Notes: generated from the sequence alone by a model not told the origin. 64,000 bases of DNA from an uncultured Chroococcidiopsis sp. (GCA_964248365.1 CAXTYC010000005.1:109531-173530); one strand, 5' to 3'. Numbered from the stretch's first letter, positions 1 through 9,701 are shown. Program-made: numbers and translations.

Positions 1-434
1 TTGTCATCGTCCTGTAATGCAACAGTAAGAGCAGGAAGTGCTATTTTAGCTCTAGCGCCCATGCTTCCTAAAGCCGTTGCCGCACTGGAGCGTACAATCG
101 GACTTGTATCTTTTAGTGCTATGGCAAGAGCTGGAGTAGCTGACTGGGCTCCTATACCCATGCTGGCTAAAGCTGATGCCGCATTGATCTTCACTTTTTC
201 ATCGTGATGCCGCAAATTGCTTGCAAGAGTCTCAACAGCTGGCGAACCACATTTTCTTAAAGCCGCAATAGTAAAAATCCACTCCGCCGTATTGTTTAAT
301 TTTTTTATATGGCTGTTAATGTCTGCCTGGGAGCATTCTTTTGCCCAAACATTATTGTTCGGTAGATAACAAAAGAGGCAAAATAAAGTAATTTGTAACC
401 CTATAATTATTTTTTCTTTTTTGTTCTTATTCAT
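1..434 (-). CDS. HEAT/PBS-lyase-like repeat protein, N-terminal part (runs off the window edge)
   Basis: Not in the ORF track. Minus-strand translation from the ATG at 434 gives MNKNKKEKIIIGLQITLFCLFC... then DEKVKINAASALASMG..ATPALAIALKDTSPIVRSSAATALGSMG..ALPALTVALQDDD, which are typical HEAT repeats after a hydrophobic N-terminus. Confidence 0.8.
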   Translation of the reverse strand, partial: MNKNKKEKIIIGLQITLFCLFCYLPNNNVWAKECSQADINSHIKKLNNTAEWIFTIAALRKCGSPAVETLASNLRHHDEKVKINAASALASMGIGAQSATPALAIALKDTSPIVRSSAATALGSMGARAKIALPALTVALQDDD

Positions 435-870
435 ACGTTATTTTGCACTTTAACCTAAGCTCAATTGCCATCATCAACATCTAACGTGCTAAGAGAAATA
501 TTAATGTTGTAAATAATTAGTAGTAGTTAATTTGTATATATTACTAATTTTATTGTCAATTCAAGCATAAATAAAATGCATTTGTTAAGTGTAAACAGCT
601 AAAAGTCAAAATCACCTTTTGTACTAAACTAAACAAAAGTGTTACTATTAAAAAAATTACCAAAATGGCACTAAAATTTTTTGTATAAAAACAACAAAAT
701 GTCTAGTTAAAATTGTCAGATGTGTACATTATCATCGGAAAAGTATGTTATATATTATACATTAAATTGATTCAACCACAACTATTATATTTAGTAAATA
801 CTTCGCTAGAAGCAATATTTAAGGTGTTGTACACAATCTGATGATAATGTCACACATAGAGGCTGTTTGG

Positions 871-989
871 GCGGCTTCAAGGCAGCTTCGACGCGCTCGT
901 CGCAAAGGCAATAAGAAGAAATCATCACAAGTTTTGTGCCGCTATATCTAATTAAACAGATTACTCAAATAGAGTAAGCTTGAAGCCGC
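871..989. repeat. Short element bounded by 11-bp perfect inverted repeats (MITE-like)
   Basis: GCGGCTTCAAG at 871-881 and CTTGAAGCCGC at 979-989. The internal GACGCGCTCGTCGC recurs near 42777. Confidence 0.45.
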
Positions 990-1201
990 AAATACCTTTC
1001 GCTGCTAAACCAGTATTCACCTCAATTCACAATTAGGGTTAAAAACTGAATTGTGAATTGTGAATTATAAATTACCTTCTGACAGATAAAGAATAAATAC
1101 ACATAGCTAGATGAGAATTGCTTTTAACAAGAGTTAGAGCAAGCAAAACAAGAGCTATAAAATTTTGCCTTTATAACTATCTAATACTTGGGATTAGCTC
1201 A

Positions 1202-2617
1202 TCAATTATCTTTCTGCTGTTTGGTAGGAAAATGGAATGTGCTGTCAGCCACTGCACGTACTTGGGATTTGAGTGCTGGTGGTGCTACTTTTTCTGCCTG
1301 CTCAAACAAAGCAGTTGCACTTTTGGTATCCCCATTAACTTTACGCAGAACTGCTTTACCAACCAAAGCTTTGAGGTGATTGTTGTCCTGAGCTAGAATT
1401 TGGTCATAGACATTTTCTGCATCAGCCGCTTTGCCCATAATTTCATACAACTGTGCTAGCTTTAAGCGCAAATCAATACGCTGAGGCTCTCGTTGAATAA
1501 TTTGCTCAAGCTGCTTTGTGGCTTGTTCAAACTGCCCAGTTCGTTGTAGAGCATCGATATTTTCTATAGCATTGTTATTATTAAACTGAGGTTGAAAAAA
1601 TCGCTGGGAGCCTATGAGCAATATCAAAAGCATTGTGACTGAGCCAAGAGTTATATATAGTAATGACCTACGTTTTAATACGTTATTACCAGGCGAAAGT
1701 AAACTACTAGCACTTTTTACTTGTACTTGGCTATCTGAACTGAAAAGATTTTGCGCTGCTGAGGAAGGCAATTCTTGCTGTGACTGATACTTGTTTGGTA
1801 ATGTACGGTTGAGCAAATTGAGGATTTGATGCTCTAAACCGGGATTATGAACTTTATTTAACTCCCAAACTACCCAAAGCAGTGAAACAGCTGCACCTTT
1901 AGCTTCGAGCCTTGCCACATTATTATTCTGAATCAGCGGAACAAATGAATGGAAGATTTGATATTTAGCTTTTACAGCATTAAGATGTGCGGTTAATGGT
2001 TGTAGTTTTTTTGTAATTATTTGTTGGCTGACAGAGCTAGGTTCTAGTAAATCTGATTTAGTAAGTATCAATGCTAAAGGATACTCTAAACCATTCAAAT
2101 AAACTAGACTAGTGAGTGCCATTACTTGTTCAAAAATATCATCCAATACTTGAACATAAGCATCACTATGTCTTAGAGCATAGGCATCAATAAACACACA
2201 GCAACCATGAGAATTAAATACCATGTTGCGAAATTCCAGATTATGAATGTCGCAAATTTCACCAGGAATGTCATTCCAACTGAAGTTGCATAGTGTTTGT
2301 TCACCCCACAAACTTTGTTTTTTCAAGCTGAACTTAAAGTTCACAATTTTCATTGTGGGTGGCGGATATTGATTAGTCTGAACAATATAGTTAATAATTT
2401 TTTCAATATTTTCCTGTACTTGATCAGTTTGGCAATCAAACCACAATTTTTGCGGGTGTGCTGTTAGGTGATTAGCTTGTAGTTCTACGTAGCTACCCAC
2501 GATAAAAACCGTTTTACCTACACCTCTTTGACCAATGCTCAGTAAGTTAAATGTTTTTGTTTGTGCCAAATTTTTAGAGAATACATTTATCTTTTTCTTT
2601 CCGACTCTTGCAGTCAT
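1202..2617 (-). CDS. P-loop (TRAFAC-like) GTPase domain + TM helix + C-terminal TPR repeats
   Basis: G1 GQRGVGKT, G2-like YPPPT, G3 DIPGE, G4 LTKSD; hydrophobic LLYITLGSVTMLLILLIG; TPR-like GQFEQATKQLEQIIQREPQRIDLRLKLAQLY. Confidence 0.8.
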   Translation of the reverse strand: MTARVGKKKINVFSKNLAQTKTFNLLSIGQRGVGKTVFIVGSYVELQANHLTAHPQKLWFDCQTDQVQENIEKIINYIVQTNQYPPPTMKIVNFKFSLKKQSLWGEQTLCNFSWNDIPGEICDIHNLEFRNMVFNSHGCCVFIDAYALRHSDAYVQVLDDIFEQVMALTSLVYLNGLEYPLALILTKSDLLEPSSVSQQIITKKLQPLTAHLNAVKAKYQIFHSFVPLIQNNNVARLEAKGAAVSLLWVVWELNKVHNPGLEHQILNLLNRTLPNKYQSQQELPSSAAQNLFSSDSQVQVKSASSLLSPGNNVLKRRSLLYITLGSVTMLLILLIGSQRFFQPQFNNNNAIENIDALQRTGQFEQATKQLEQIIQREPQRIDLRLKLAQLYEIMGKAADAENVYDQILAQDNNHLKALVGKAVLRKVNGDTKSATALFEQAEKVAPPALKSQVRAVADSTFHFPTKQQKDN

Positions 2618-2903
2618 ACTGATTTCTTCCTGTCTACGCTATATAAGGTTAAGTTATAAAAATTTTTCGCAATTAGCAGCAGCATATCATTCAGTCATCA
2701 GCAAAAAAAGTTAAATTTATTACAAGGATATTCTGTAATTATACATAAATAGTCTCTACTGAGTAATAAATATTGCTATAAACTACACAACTACTGAAAA
2801 ACGCCTGAGAAATCTAATCCCTACTACTTGGTACTAATAAAAGTATAAAGCGAAAGTATATTGGACAACTCCTACATACAATAAGGCAATTAAGCAACAA
2901 CTA

Positions 2904-4874
2904 CTAGCGCAGGGGTACAAAACCAGCCTGTTTGATCATTTGTTGTCCTTCTGAGGAAAATAGCAAATTAGCGTAGGCTATACCAGCCTGTTCATCAACA
3001 CCGCCCTTTTGCCTAATAACGATAAATAAGCGTCTAGTTAGGGGATAAGAACCATTGGCAAAGGCAGTTATATTCACACGATTTTTATTATTTATATCAA
3101 AAGGATATACAAAATACTGGTTATCTATAGTAGATAAGGGCAAAGGATTGATAGTAGCTAAGGACACAGAATCTACAGATTTTTGCCCAATCACCTCACT
3201 GGCTGTAGCATAGCCAATTCCTCCAGGAGTTTTAGCAACGGAACGAATAGAGTCTGTTGTAGTTTCTACTTGTCGTACATTTTGGGTGAATTCGTGTCCT
3301 GCCAAGACTTTTTCTTTTATAAAATCCGCAGTTCCGCTAAATTGCGGGTTACGGGTAAAAGGAGTAATTGGCAGGTCAGAACCACCTACTTGTTTCCAGT
3401 TAGTAATTTTCCCAGTAAAAATATCTCTAATTTGATTTAAGCTTAAACCAGGAATAAGTATCTGGCGATTGACATAGAAGGCAATTCCATCGATCCCAAT
3501 CGGTATCTGTTCTAAAGTAAAGCCAAGTTTTTGGGCTTGTAGGAATTCAGATTCTTTTATAGGTCGAGAAGATTGGGCAAAACTTAATTGACCTGCAAGC
3601 AACATTTTAATTCCAATTGTCGACCCATGTTTGTGTGGAATTGGGTCGGTATAAATTAATTTAAATTGCGGGTGAGCTTGCGCGATCGCTTTTACTATAG
3701 ACAAAGATCGCAGTGGTGCAAAGCTAGTAGAACCTCCGTATTTAAAACTTCCCTGCGGTACATTGGGTACATCGGCTAATGTTTTGTAGACAACTGAATT
3801 TCTTGCCCAAGAAATTGAATCACGATAGTTTGAATTAGAAACACTCGCTAGCCGCAAACCATAAATACCAAAAGCCAAAGCTAAAACACTAGCAACAATG
3901 CCTATTAAGAGTAACAGTTGAGTTTTTTGGTGTGCCAACACAAAATCATGATTAGCACTTTTATTTAAAGTTTGACTTAAATATTCTGTGTTAGAAATAT
4001 TCTTCTGGTTAGTTTTTTTTGCCCTAGATGTATAAACATCTGCTGTATTGTCTGCTACTGTTTGTCGATTAAGCCAGGTTTTAATAGGTTCCTTAGTTTT
4101 ATCTTTAACAACTAAACTGCGAGTGTTAACCTTTGCCAGGTACGAGGGCTGATTTTTTTTACCTAAAACTTGTTTATAGGACTGCAATTGTTGCTTGTAG
4201 CTCTGATAAACTTGTATAGCAGTAGTTTCATCAGGTGTAGGCTTTTGGGCATCTAGATCTGTTGTATCTAGGTTCAAACCATAAATGACATAACTGGTGT
4301 ATATTGAAAGAGTTGCTATTTGCTGCTCGTAGGTTCGCCCATTTAGATCGATTACCGTTTCCTGTTCATATACGGGGACAAACATTTCTAGCAATTCCCC
4401 TTGTCGCAAGGCAAAAAAGCTGCGCTGTCGAACAGCCAGCCCAATTGCTACCCCAGCTCGAGCTGGTTGGTAACTCCACAAGTTTGGTATCACTTTAGTC
4501 TTTAAGCAGGTTGATGGGTTGTGTCGATCTATCAGTGCTACTGGACCTTTTTCCAAACAAGTAAAAATATTAGCAAGTTGAAACTCAAACAATGGCTCTG
4601 TTAGGTAATAGCAGACGAATAATGGTACATCACTACGACCTATGTCATCTGCTCCATCGTTGTATAACCAGCCAAACAAGGTTTGCTCTGGTGATACTTG
4701 ATACAAGTAAACAGCACGATATCCAGGCGGAGGGGGATTGTAAGAATCCCAATACTGAGATACACGTTGCATGAAGGCTTGCTGTATCTCTAGAGGCACA
4801 GAGGTACTAGCAAGGGTTCTAAATCCCCTAAGTGCAAAGCTGGTGTAAACAAGTTGACCGAGAAATAAGTACAT
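2904..4874 (-). CDS. GAP1-N2-like N-terminal domain + TM helix + PstS-like (PBP2) substrate-binding domain
   Basis: The C-terminal half has YGGSTSFAPL, GSTIGIKMLL, IGIDGIAFYVN, SGT and YPLTRRLF (PstS-type fold). TM is LLLLIGIVASVLALAFGIYGL. The N-terminus QLVYTSF..GF...D.IGR resembles GTPase-associated protein 1 N2 domains. Confidence 0.75.
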   Translation of the reverse strand: MYLFLGQLVYTSFALRGFRTLASTSVPLEIQQAFMQRVSQYWDSYNPPPPGYRAVYLYQVSPEQTLFGWLYNDGADDIGRSDVPLFVCYYLTEPLFEFQLANIFTCLEKGPVALIDRHNPSTCLKTKVIPNLWSYQPARAGVAIGLAVRQRSFFALRQGELLEMFVPVYEQETVIDLNGRTYEQQIATLSIYTSYVIYGLNLDTTDLDAQKPTPDETTAIQVYQSYKQQLQSYKQVLGKKNQPSYLAKVNTRSLVVKDKTKEPIKTWLNRQTVADNTADVYTSRAKKTNQKNISNTEYLSQTLNKSANHDFVLAHQKTQLLLLIGIVASVLALAFGIYGLRLASVSNSNYRDSISWARNSVVYKTLADVPNVPQGSFKYGGSTSFAPLRSLSIVKAIAQAHPQFKLIYTDPIPHKHGSTIGIKMLLAGQLSFAQSSRPIKESEFLQAQKLGFTLEQIPIGIDGIAFYVNRQILIPGLSLNQIRDIFTGKITNWKQVGGSDLPITPFTRNPQFSGTADFIKEKVLAGHEFTQNVRQVETTTDSIRSVAKTPGGIGYATASEVIGQKSVDSVSLATINPLPLSTIDNQYFVYPFDINNKNRVNITAFANGSYPLTRRLFIVIRQKGGVDEQAGIAYANLLFSSEGQQMIKQAGFVPLR

Positions 4875-5003
4875 GATATTGGGTCTGGAATACGTGTTTA
4901 TGTTGAAATATGTTGCAAAAAAAGAGGGATGACATCAAGATTTTAATTGTGTCAGATGTATTTAGGTAGCAATTACAGAAGTATTTAGCCAAGTGAAAGC
5001 AAA

Positions 5004-6662
5004 ATGAGTCAGATTCCTAATCCTGCCAACTGGGCTACTACTAATCGTAGTAGCAGTAACTATCCTGGTATTAAAATTAATCGTCGTGTCAGTACATTGG
5101 TGCAAGGTTCTTTGATTTATGCCTCACAATTGATGAAGCATCAGAGATATTCTCGTCGTCGCTCTCAAGGAATCACCTTCAAGGCTAAAGCATTAGCTTT
5201 AGTAATTGCTCTAGGCGCACTGCCAATATTAGCTAGCCGCGCAAGTGCTAGCTACTTTACTAACCAATCATTTCCAAATCCTGAAATTCAAGCTCAACAA
5301 GCTCGTATTGATAATTCAGACGATATTGTATCAGGGTCGCCCAGCGGGCTACCGTTAACCCTGGTGATTGAGACTATCGTAGCCTCATTACTGTTGGTTG
5401 GTTTACTCACCGCTTTTTTTGCCAATCGTAGTATGCGTCCAATCAAAGGAGCTAGTGAACAAGAGAAGAAACCAAATGTAGAACCAGATGAATTTTCATC
5501 ACAATTGGTAACTAGAGATAATTCTACTCTTCTGGAGACAATAAAGGTTGCACAGGACGGGGCAGACGTAGCTGAGCAGTCAAAGCTAGTGACAGAAATA
5601 TCTTTGCGTATTCGTCAGGCTCAGTACTTGGAAGATTTACTCAAAACTACGGTTAAAGAATTGCGCCGCGCAATTAAAGCTGAGCGAGTATTTATCTATC
5701 GCTTCAACCCTGACTGGAGCGGGTTTGTTGTAGCAGAATCTGTGCTGCCTGGTTTGCCTTCATGCTTGAAAATAAAAGTAACTGATACTTATTTCGCTGG
5801 GTCTAATTCTGGGATAGAAGAGTATAAAAATGGTCGTATTTGTGTTAACGACGACATTTATGCAGCAAACCTGAATGATTGTCACATTAAGTTGCTAGAG
5901 CAATTTGTCATCAAGGCACAGATGATTGCACCAATTGTAAAAAATCATGAGCTTTTCGGTTTAATAATTGCTAATCAATGCTCAGAACCCCGTGCTTGGC
6001 AGCAGCACGAAATCGATTTATTCGTGGAGTTGGCAAAGCAAGTTGGGTTTGCAATCGAGCAAGTAACTTTCCTAGAAAAACAAGAAGATTTAGCAGAAAA
6101 AGCTAATTTATTGACTGAAATTACTCTCCGCATTCGCCAAGCACAATTTTTGGAAAATTTGCTTAATACTACGGTTAAAGAAGTGCGACGCGCATTGAAA
6201 ACAGACCGAGTGTTGATCTATGGGCTTGATTCTAGTAACTGGGATGGAATTGTGGTAGCAGAATCTGTTGCTCCTGGCTGGCCCCAAACCTTGCGAGTAA
6301 GATTAAATGACCCGTGTTTCAGAAACCAGTATGTAGAAAAGTACAAAAATGGTCAGATTACAGCTATCAATAATATTTATCGCTCCTCAGTAGAGGATTG
6401 TTACCGCAAAATGCTAGAACAATTTGCAGTGAAAGCAAATTTGGTAGCACCAATTCTTAAAAATAACGAGTTACTCGGTTTGCTAATTGCTCATCAGTGC
6501 AGTGAACCGCGAGATTGGCAACAGGATGAAATTGATTTATTTGCACAGTTGGCTATTCAGGTAGGTTTTGCCATTGATCAAGTAAGTCTGACCGCACAAA
6601 TGGAAGAACAAACAGGAATTGAAAAACTTCAAGAACAATTTGAAGTTAATGAGCTTCATTAA
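5004..6662 (+). CDS. Membrane-anchored protein with two cyanobacteriochrome-type GAF domains and no output domain
   Basis: Two hydrophobic segments, then GAF1 (VVAESV..DTYF..DCH) and GAF2 (VVAESV..DPCF..DCY, DXCF type). The protein ends about 25 aa after GAF2. Confidence 0.85.
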   Translation: MSQIPNPANWATTNRSSSNYPGIKINRRVSTLVQGSLIYASQLMKHQRYSRRRSQGITFKAKALALVIALGALPILASRASASYFTNQSFPNPEIQAQQARIDNSDDIVSGSPSGLPLTLVIETIVASLLLVGLLTAFFANRSMRPIKGASEQEKKPNVEPDEFSSQLVTRDNSTLLETIKVAQDGADVAEQSKLVTEISLRIRQAQYLEDLLKTTVKELRRAIKAERVFIYRFNPDWSGFVVAESVLPGLPSCLKIKVTDTYFAGSNSGIEEYKNGRICVNDDIYAANLNDCHIKLLEQFVIKAQMIAPIVKNHELFGLIIANQCSEPRAWQQHEIDLFVELAKQVGFAIEQVTFLEKQEDLAEKANLLTEITLRIRQAQFLENLLNTTVKEVRRALKTDRVLIYGLDSSNWDGIVVAESVAPGWPQTLRVRLNDPCFRNQYVEKYKNGQITAINNIYRSSVEDCYRKMLEQFAVKANLVAPILKNNELLGLLIAHQCSEPRDWQQDEIDLFAQLAIQVGFAIDQVSLTAQMEEQTGIEKLQEQFEVNELH

Positions 6663-6694
6663 CTTCATTTAGTTAGAGCCTCCTAGAAGTCGTA

Positions 6695-6716
6695 CCCAGG
6701 CTCAGCCTGGGTACGA
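6695..6716. repeat. Palindromic dispersed repeat (CGTACCCAGGCTCAGCCTGGGTACG)
   Basis: Perfect-stem palindrome between convergent genes; a degenerate relative (GGTTCCCAGACTAAGCCTG) lies near 29171. Boundaries are approximate. Confidence 0.6.
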
Positions 6717-6727
6717 AAGGGGACTAA

Positions 6728-7372
6728 TTACGAATTCTCTTGTATTCCTTTGATAATGTCTATCAGTTCCTTTGGTTGATGAATCAAAAAGTCTGGGTTC
6801 TGCTGTGCTAATATTTCTTTTGAATTAAATCCCCAACTTACAGCGATCGCTTTGACTTGGCTTCTTTTTGCAGCAACTATATCTCTCGTTTCGTCTCCTA
6901 CATAAATAAGTTCTTCTGGCTTGAGTTTTGATTGTTTTAAAATTTTATTTATCACCTTACTTTTACTAAAGATTGCCGCTTCTGTATAAATAAAATCAAA
7001 TTTGTTTTGTAAATTATTTGCTGCAAAAAATTTCAAAATATTATCTTTGGAATTAGAACTAAGAATTCCTATGTCAACTTGATTTATTAATTCAATTAAA
7101 ACTGCTTCAATTTCTGGAAAAGGTTTTATATTTTGGATTTCATTGTTTAATTCAGATTTGACTTTTGCTAATAGTAAGGGGAACTTTAAAATTGAAATAC
7201 CTGAGTATTTAATAATTTCCCTAGAACTTAAATTTTTGATATAAGAAAGTTCTTCTTGATCAATGGTCTTATATCCAAACTCGACGGCTAAACGATTAGT
7301 AATATTAAGCAGCACATTGAGAGTATCTGCAATTGTGCCATCAAAATCAAATAAAACTACTTTTATAGTCAT
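6728..7372 (-). CDS. HAD-IA family hydrolase (phosphoglycolate phosphatase-like)
   Basis: Motif I FDFDGTIAD; YVGDETRD; VSWGF. Confidence 0.9.
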   Translation of the reverse strand: MTIKVVLFDFDGTIADTLNVLLNITNRLAVEFGYKTIDQEELSYIKNLSSREIIKYSGISILKFPLLLAKVKSELNNEIQNIKPFPEIEAVLIELINQVDIGILSSNSKDNILKFFAANNLQNKFDFIYTEAAIFSKSKVINKILKQSKLKPEELIYVGDETRDIVAAKRSQVKAIAVSWGFNSKEILAQQNPDFLIHQPKELIDIIKGIQENS

Positions 7373-7401
7373 TTTGTAAAATTACGAACAACTGCAACAA
7401 A

Positions 7402-8331
7402 TTATCCCAGATTAGCACGGGCATTGCGTCGCAACATTTCTGGTTTAATCCGCCGCAAAGCTGAGGCTGGAAAGCGTTGATCCCAATCTTCCTCTGAAAT
7501 TTCAGCTAATTCTGTTAAAAAAGGTGATATATTCTGGGGGTAAGGCTGAAACTCTGCTACATCAGTTTCTTTGGCAAAACGTTGGTTCCAAGGACAAACA
7601 TCTTGGCAGATGTCGCATCCAGCAACCCAGCCTTGCAGATGATTTGCGATCGCTTGTGGTAACTCCTCACCCCGATTTTCAATTGTATGATAAGCAATGC
7701 ACCGATTTGCATCTACTACAAACGGTTGGGTAATTGCATCGGTAGGACACGCCTCAATACAACGAGTACAGCTACCACAATGTTGAGTATGGGGTTGATC
7801 TGGAGTCAAATCTAAGTTTGTTAGCACTTCGCCCAAAAACACCCAAGAACCATATTCTCGCGTAATTACATTACCATTTTTCGCAATCCAACCAATTCCA
7901 GCTTGCTGCGCCCAAACTTTATCCTGAAGGGGACCAGTATCAGCATAGTAACGTGCTTGCACACCGTCTGCTTGGGCTTGTAGCCAATTACTCAAAGCTT
8001 TCAACTTTTTATGCAAAACCTTATGGTAGTCTCGTCCCCAACCGTAACGTGAAATTTTGGCATACTCATTGCCTGGGGGACGTTGAGCGGGTGTGTAATA
8101 GTTTAATGCTACACAAATGAGCGATCGCACATCTGGCATTACCTGATAAATATCCCCACGCTTGGGCGAAGCCATCCATGCCATATCCGCATGATATCCC
8201 AACTCAAGCCATGCTTGCAAACGTTGCTGTTGGGTTTGATTATCTCTGTTTGCTGTCGCAATTCCAACCTTATGGAAACCCAACTCTAAAGCTTTTTGCT
8301 TCACCCCAGTGCTACTAAGTGTTTGGCTCAT
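7402..8331 (-). CDS. queG: tRNA epoxyqueuosine(34) reductase
   Basis: ISRYGWGRDYH, GSWVFLGE, CGSCTRCIEACPT, GCDICQDVCPWN. Start placed at the ATG at 8331; the ORF track extends it to 8376. Confidence 0.95.
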   Translation of the reverse strand: MSQTLSSTGVKQKALELGFHKVGIATANRDNQTQQQRLQAWLELGYHADMAWMASPKRGDIYQVMPDVRSLICVALNYYTPAQRPPGNEYAKISRYGWGRDYHKVLHKKLKALSNWLQAQADGVQARYYADTGPLQDKVWAQQAGIGWIAKNGNVITREYGSWVFLGEVLTNLDLTPDQPHTQHCGSCTRCIEACPTDAITQPFVVDANRCIAYHTIENRGEELPQAIANHLQGWVAGCDICQDVCPWNQRFAKETDVAEFQPYPQNISPFLTELAEISEEDWDQRFPASALRRIKPEMLRRNARANLG

Positions 8332-8517
8332 GCTCGTTAATAAATCACTAAGCTTGCTATCCCATCTTAGCGACACTACATTCTCTCCTTTAATATTTCA
8401 AAACTCTCTCATTTGTAAATTTTATTTGCAATTTGTAAAAATCTGTTGGATTATTAATTCAAGGAGGAGAGATTCCTGCATCAAACCCTTTAATTGTCAA
8501 GAATCTCAAGTGTAGAC

Positions 8518-9039
8518 ATGACGTATACTACAGAGTCAGCTTTTACTGTTTCTTCTAACCGCTTCAACTTCAATAACCAGCTAGCTGATGCCGTGCCTGC
8601 CGCCATTGCTCAAATCAAACGCCTTAGCGTAGATGACCAACTGGCACTATTCTGGTATGTATACACAGAAATGGGTCGTTCCATCACACCTGCTGCGCCT
8701 GGTGCTGCCCGCCTACAGTTAGCAGAAGGGTTGCTAAACTCTTTCAAGCAGATGTCTAGGGCTGAGCAATTACAAGCGATGCGCGACTTGATTACCAACG
8801 CAAACACATCTATTAGCCGCGCCTATGGTATTCTGAGCAACAATACCAAGTTAGCTCTGTGGTATGAATTATCAGAATTGATGGTTCAAGGCTTTGTAGT
8901 GCCAATGCCCCCTGGATACAAGCCCAATAGTGATGTAGTCGAAGTTCTAGAAGCAATCAAGCAGCTTGATTTTGGTCAGCAAATCACTGTCCTGCGTAAT
9001 TTTGTTGCCGATATGGGTGTAGATCCCTTGGCTGATTAA
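8518..9039 (+). CDS. Helical carotenoid protein (stand-alone OCP N-terminal domain homolog, HCP)
   Basis: LSVDDQLALFWYVYTEMGRSITPAAPGAA; KLALWYELSELM; LDFGQQITVLRNFVADMG. Confidence 0.92.
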   Translation: MTYTTESAFTVSSNRFNFNNQLADAVPAAIAQIKRLSVDDQLALFWYVYTEMGRSITPAAPGAARLQLAEGLLNSFKQMSRAEQLQAMRDLITNANTSISRAYGILSNNTKLALWYELSELMVQGFVVPMPPGYKPNSDVVEVLEAIKQLDFGQQITVLRNFVADMGVDPLAD

Positions 9040-9066
9040 TCGCCTACGTGAACAAAAATAAAAGCC

Positions 9067-9124
9067 TGTGCGGGTTTTTATCGGATATTTGGCAGCATCA
9101 AATAACCTTAGTTAAACCCGCACA
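9067..9124. repeat. Intergenic stem-loop between HCP and CTDH
   Basis: TGTGCGGGTTT (9067-9077) and AAACCCGCACA (9114-9124) form an inverted repeat. Confidence 0.55.
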
Positions 9125-9257
9125 AAACACCAGTTCTACAAGGTAATTTTTCCGCTCAGACAAATCAGAATCCCTCCACAGGATCAGGATTTGACCTGCT
9201 TTTGTGTCTATTTTAGTTGTGTCCCAGTCTGGGAGACGTTCACTAGAGGGAATAAAG

Positions 9258-9701
9258 ATGAAAGCCGCTGAATCTATGCCAGAAATCCCGTCATCTGTTG
9301 GTAGCGATACGGACGTTCAATTCACAATTGAAGGTATTGCAGAACCGACAATTCTACGTTATTTTCAAACATTGAACGCTGGGGAGTTTGAGGCTTGTGC
9401 AGCATTGTTTGCAGCCCATGGAGTTATGTACCCCCCATTTGAGACTGGTATAGAGGGATCTGAGGCGATCGTTGCCTATCTTCAGCAAGAAGCCCAAGGC
9501 ATGAAACTCGAACCTCGTGAAGGAATTACCAAAAGCCTGGAAAATGATGATCTAGAAGTGCAAGTAGCAGGGAAAGTACAAACTTCCTGGTGTGGTGTTA
9601 ACGTCTCCTGGTTGTTTGTACTCAATCAACAGCGTGAAATTTTCTCCGCTAAGATCAAGCTTTTAGCTTCTCCCCAAGAATTAATTAATCTACGACGGTA
9701 G
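9258..9701 (+). CDS. OCP C-terminal domain homolog (CTDH, NTF2-like carotenoid carrier)
   Basis: IEGIAEPTILRYFQTLNAGEF, PPFE, GKVQTSWCGVNVSW, IKLLASPQELINL; adjacent to HCP. Confidence 0.9.
   Translation: MKAAESMPEIPSSVGSDTDVQFTIEGIAEPTILRYFQTLNAGEFEACAALFAAHGVMYPPFETGIEGSEAIVAYLQQEAQGMKLEPREGITKSLENDDLEVQVAGKVQTSWCGVNVSWLFVLNQQREIFSAKIKLLASPQELINLRR

Noticed and set aside
2904..3800. pstS of a phosphate ABC transporter
   Set aside because: No pstC, pstA or pstB nearby, and the domain is fused behind a large N-terminal region and TM helix. The ligand is unproven.
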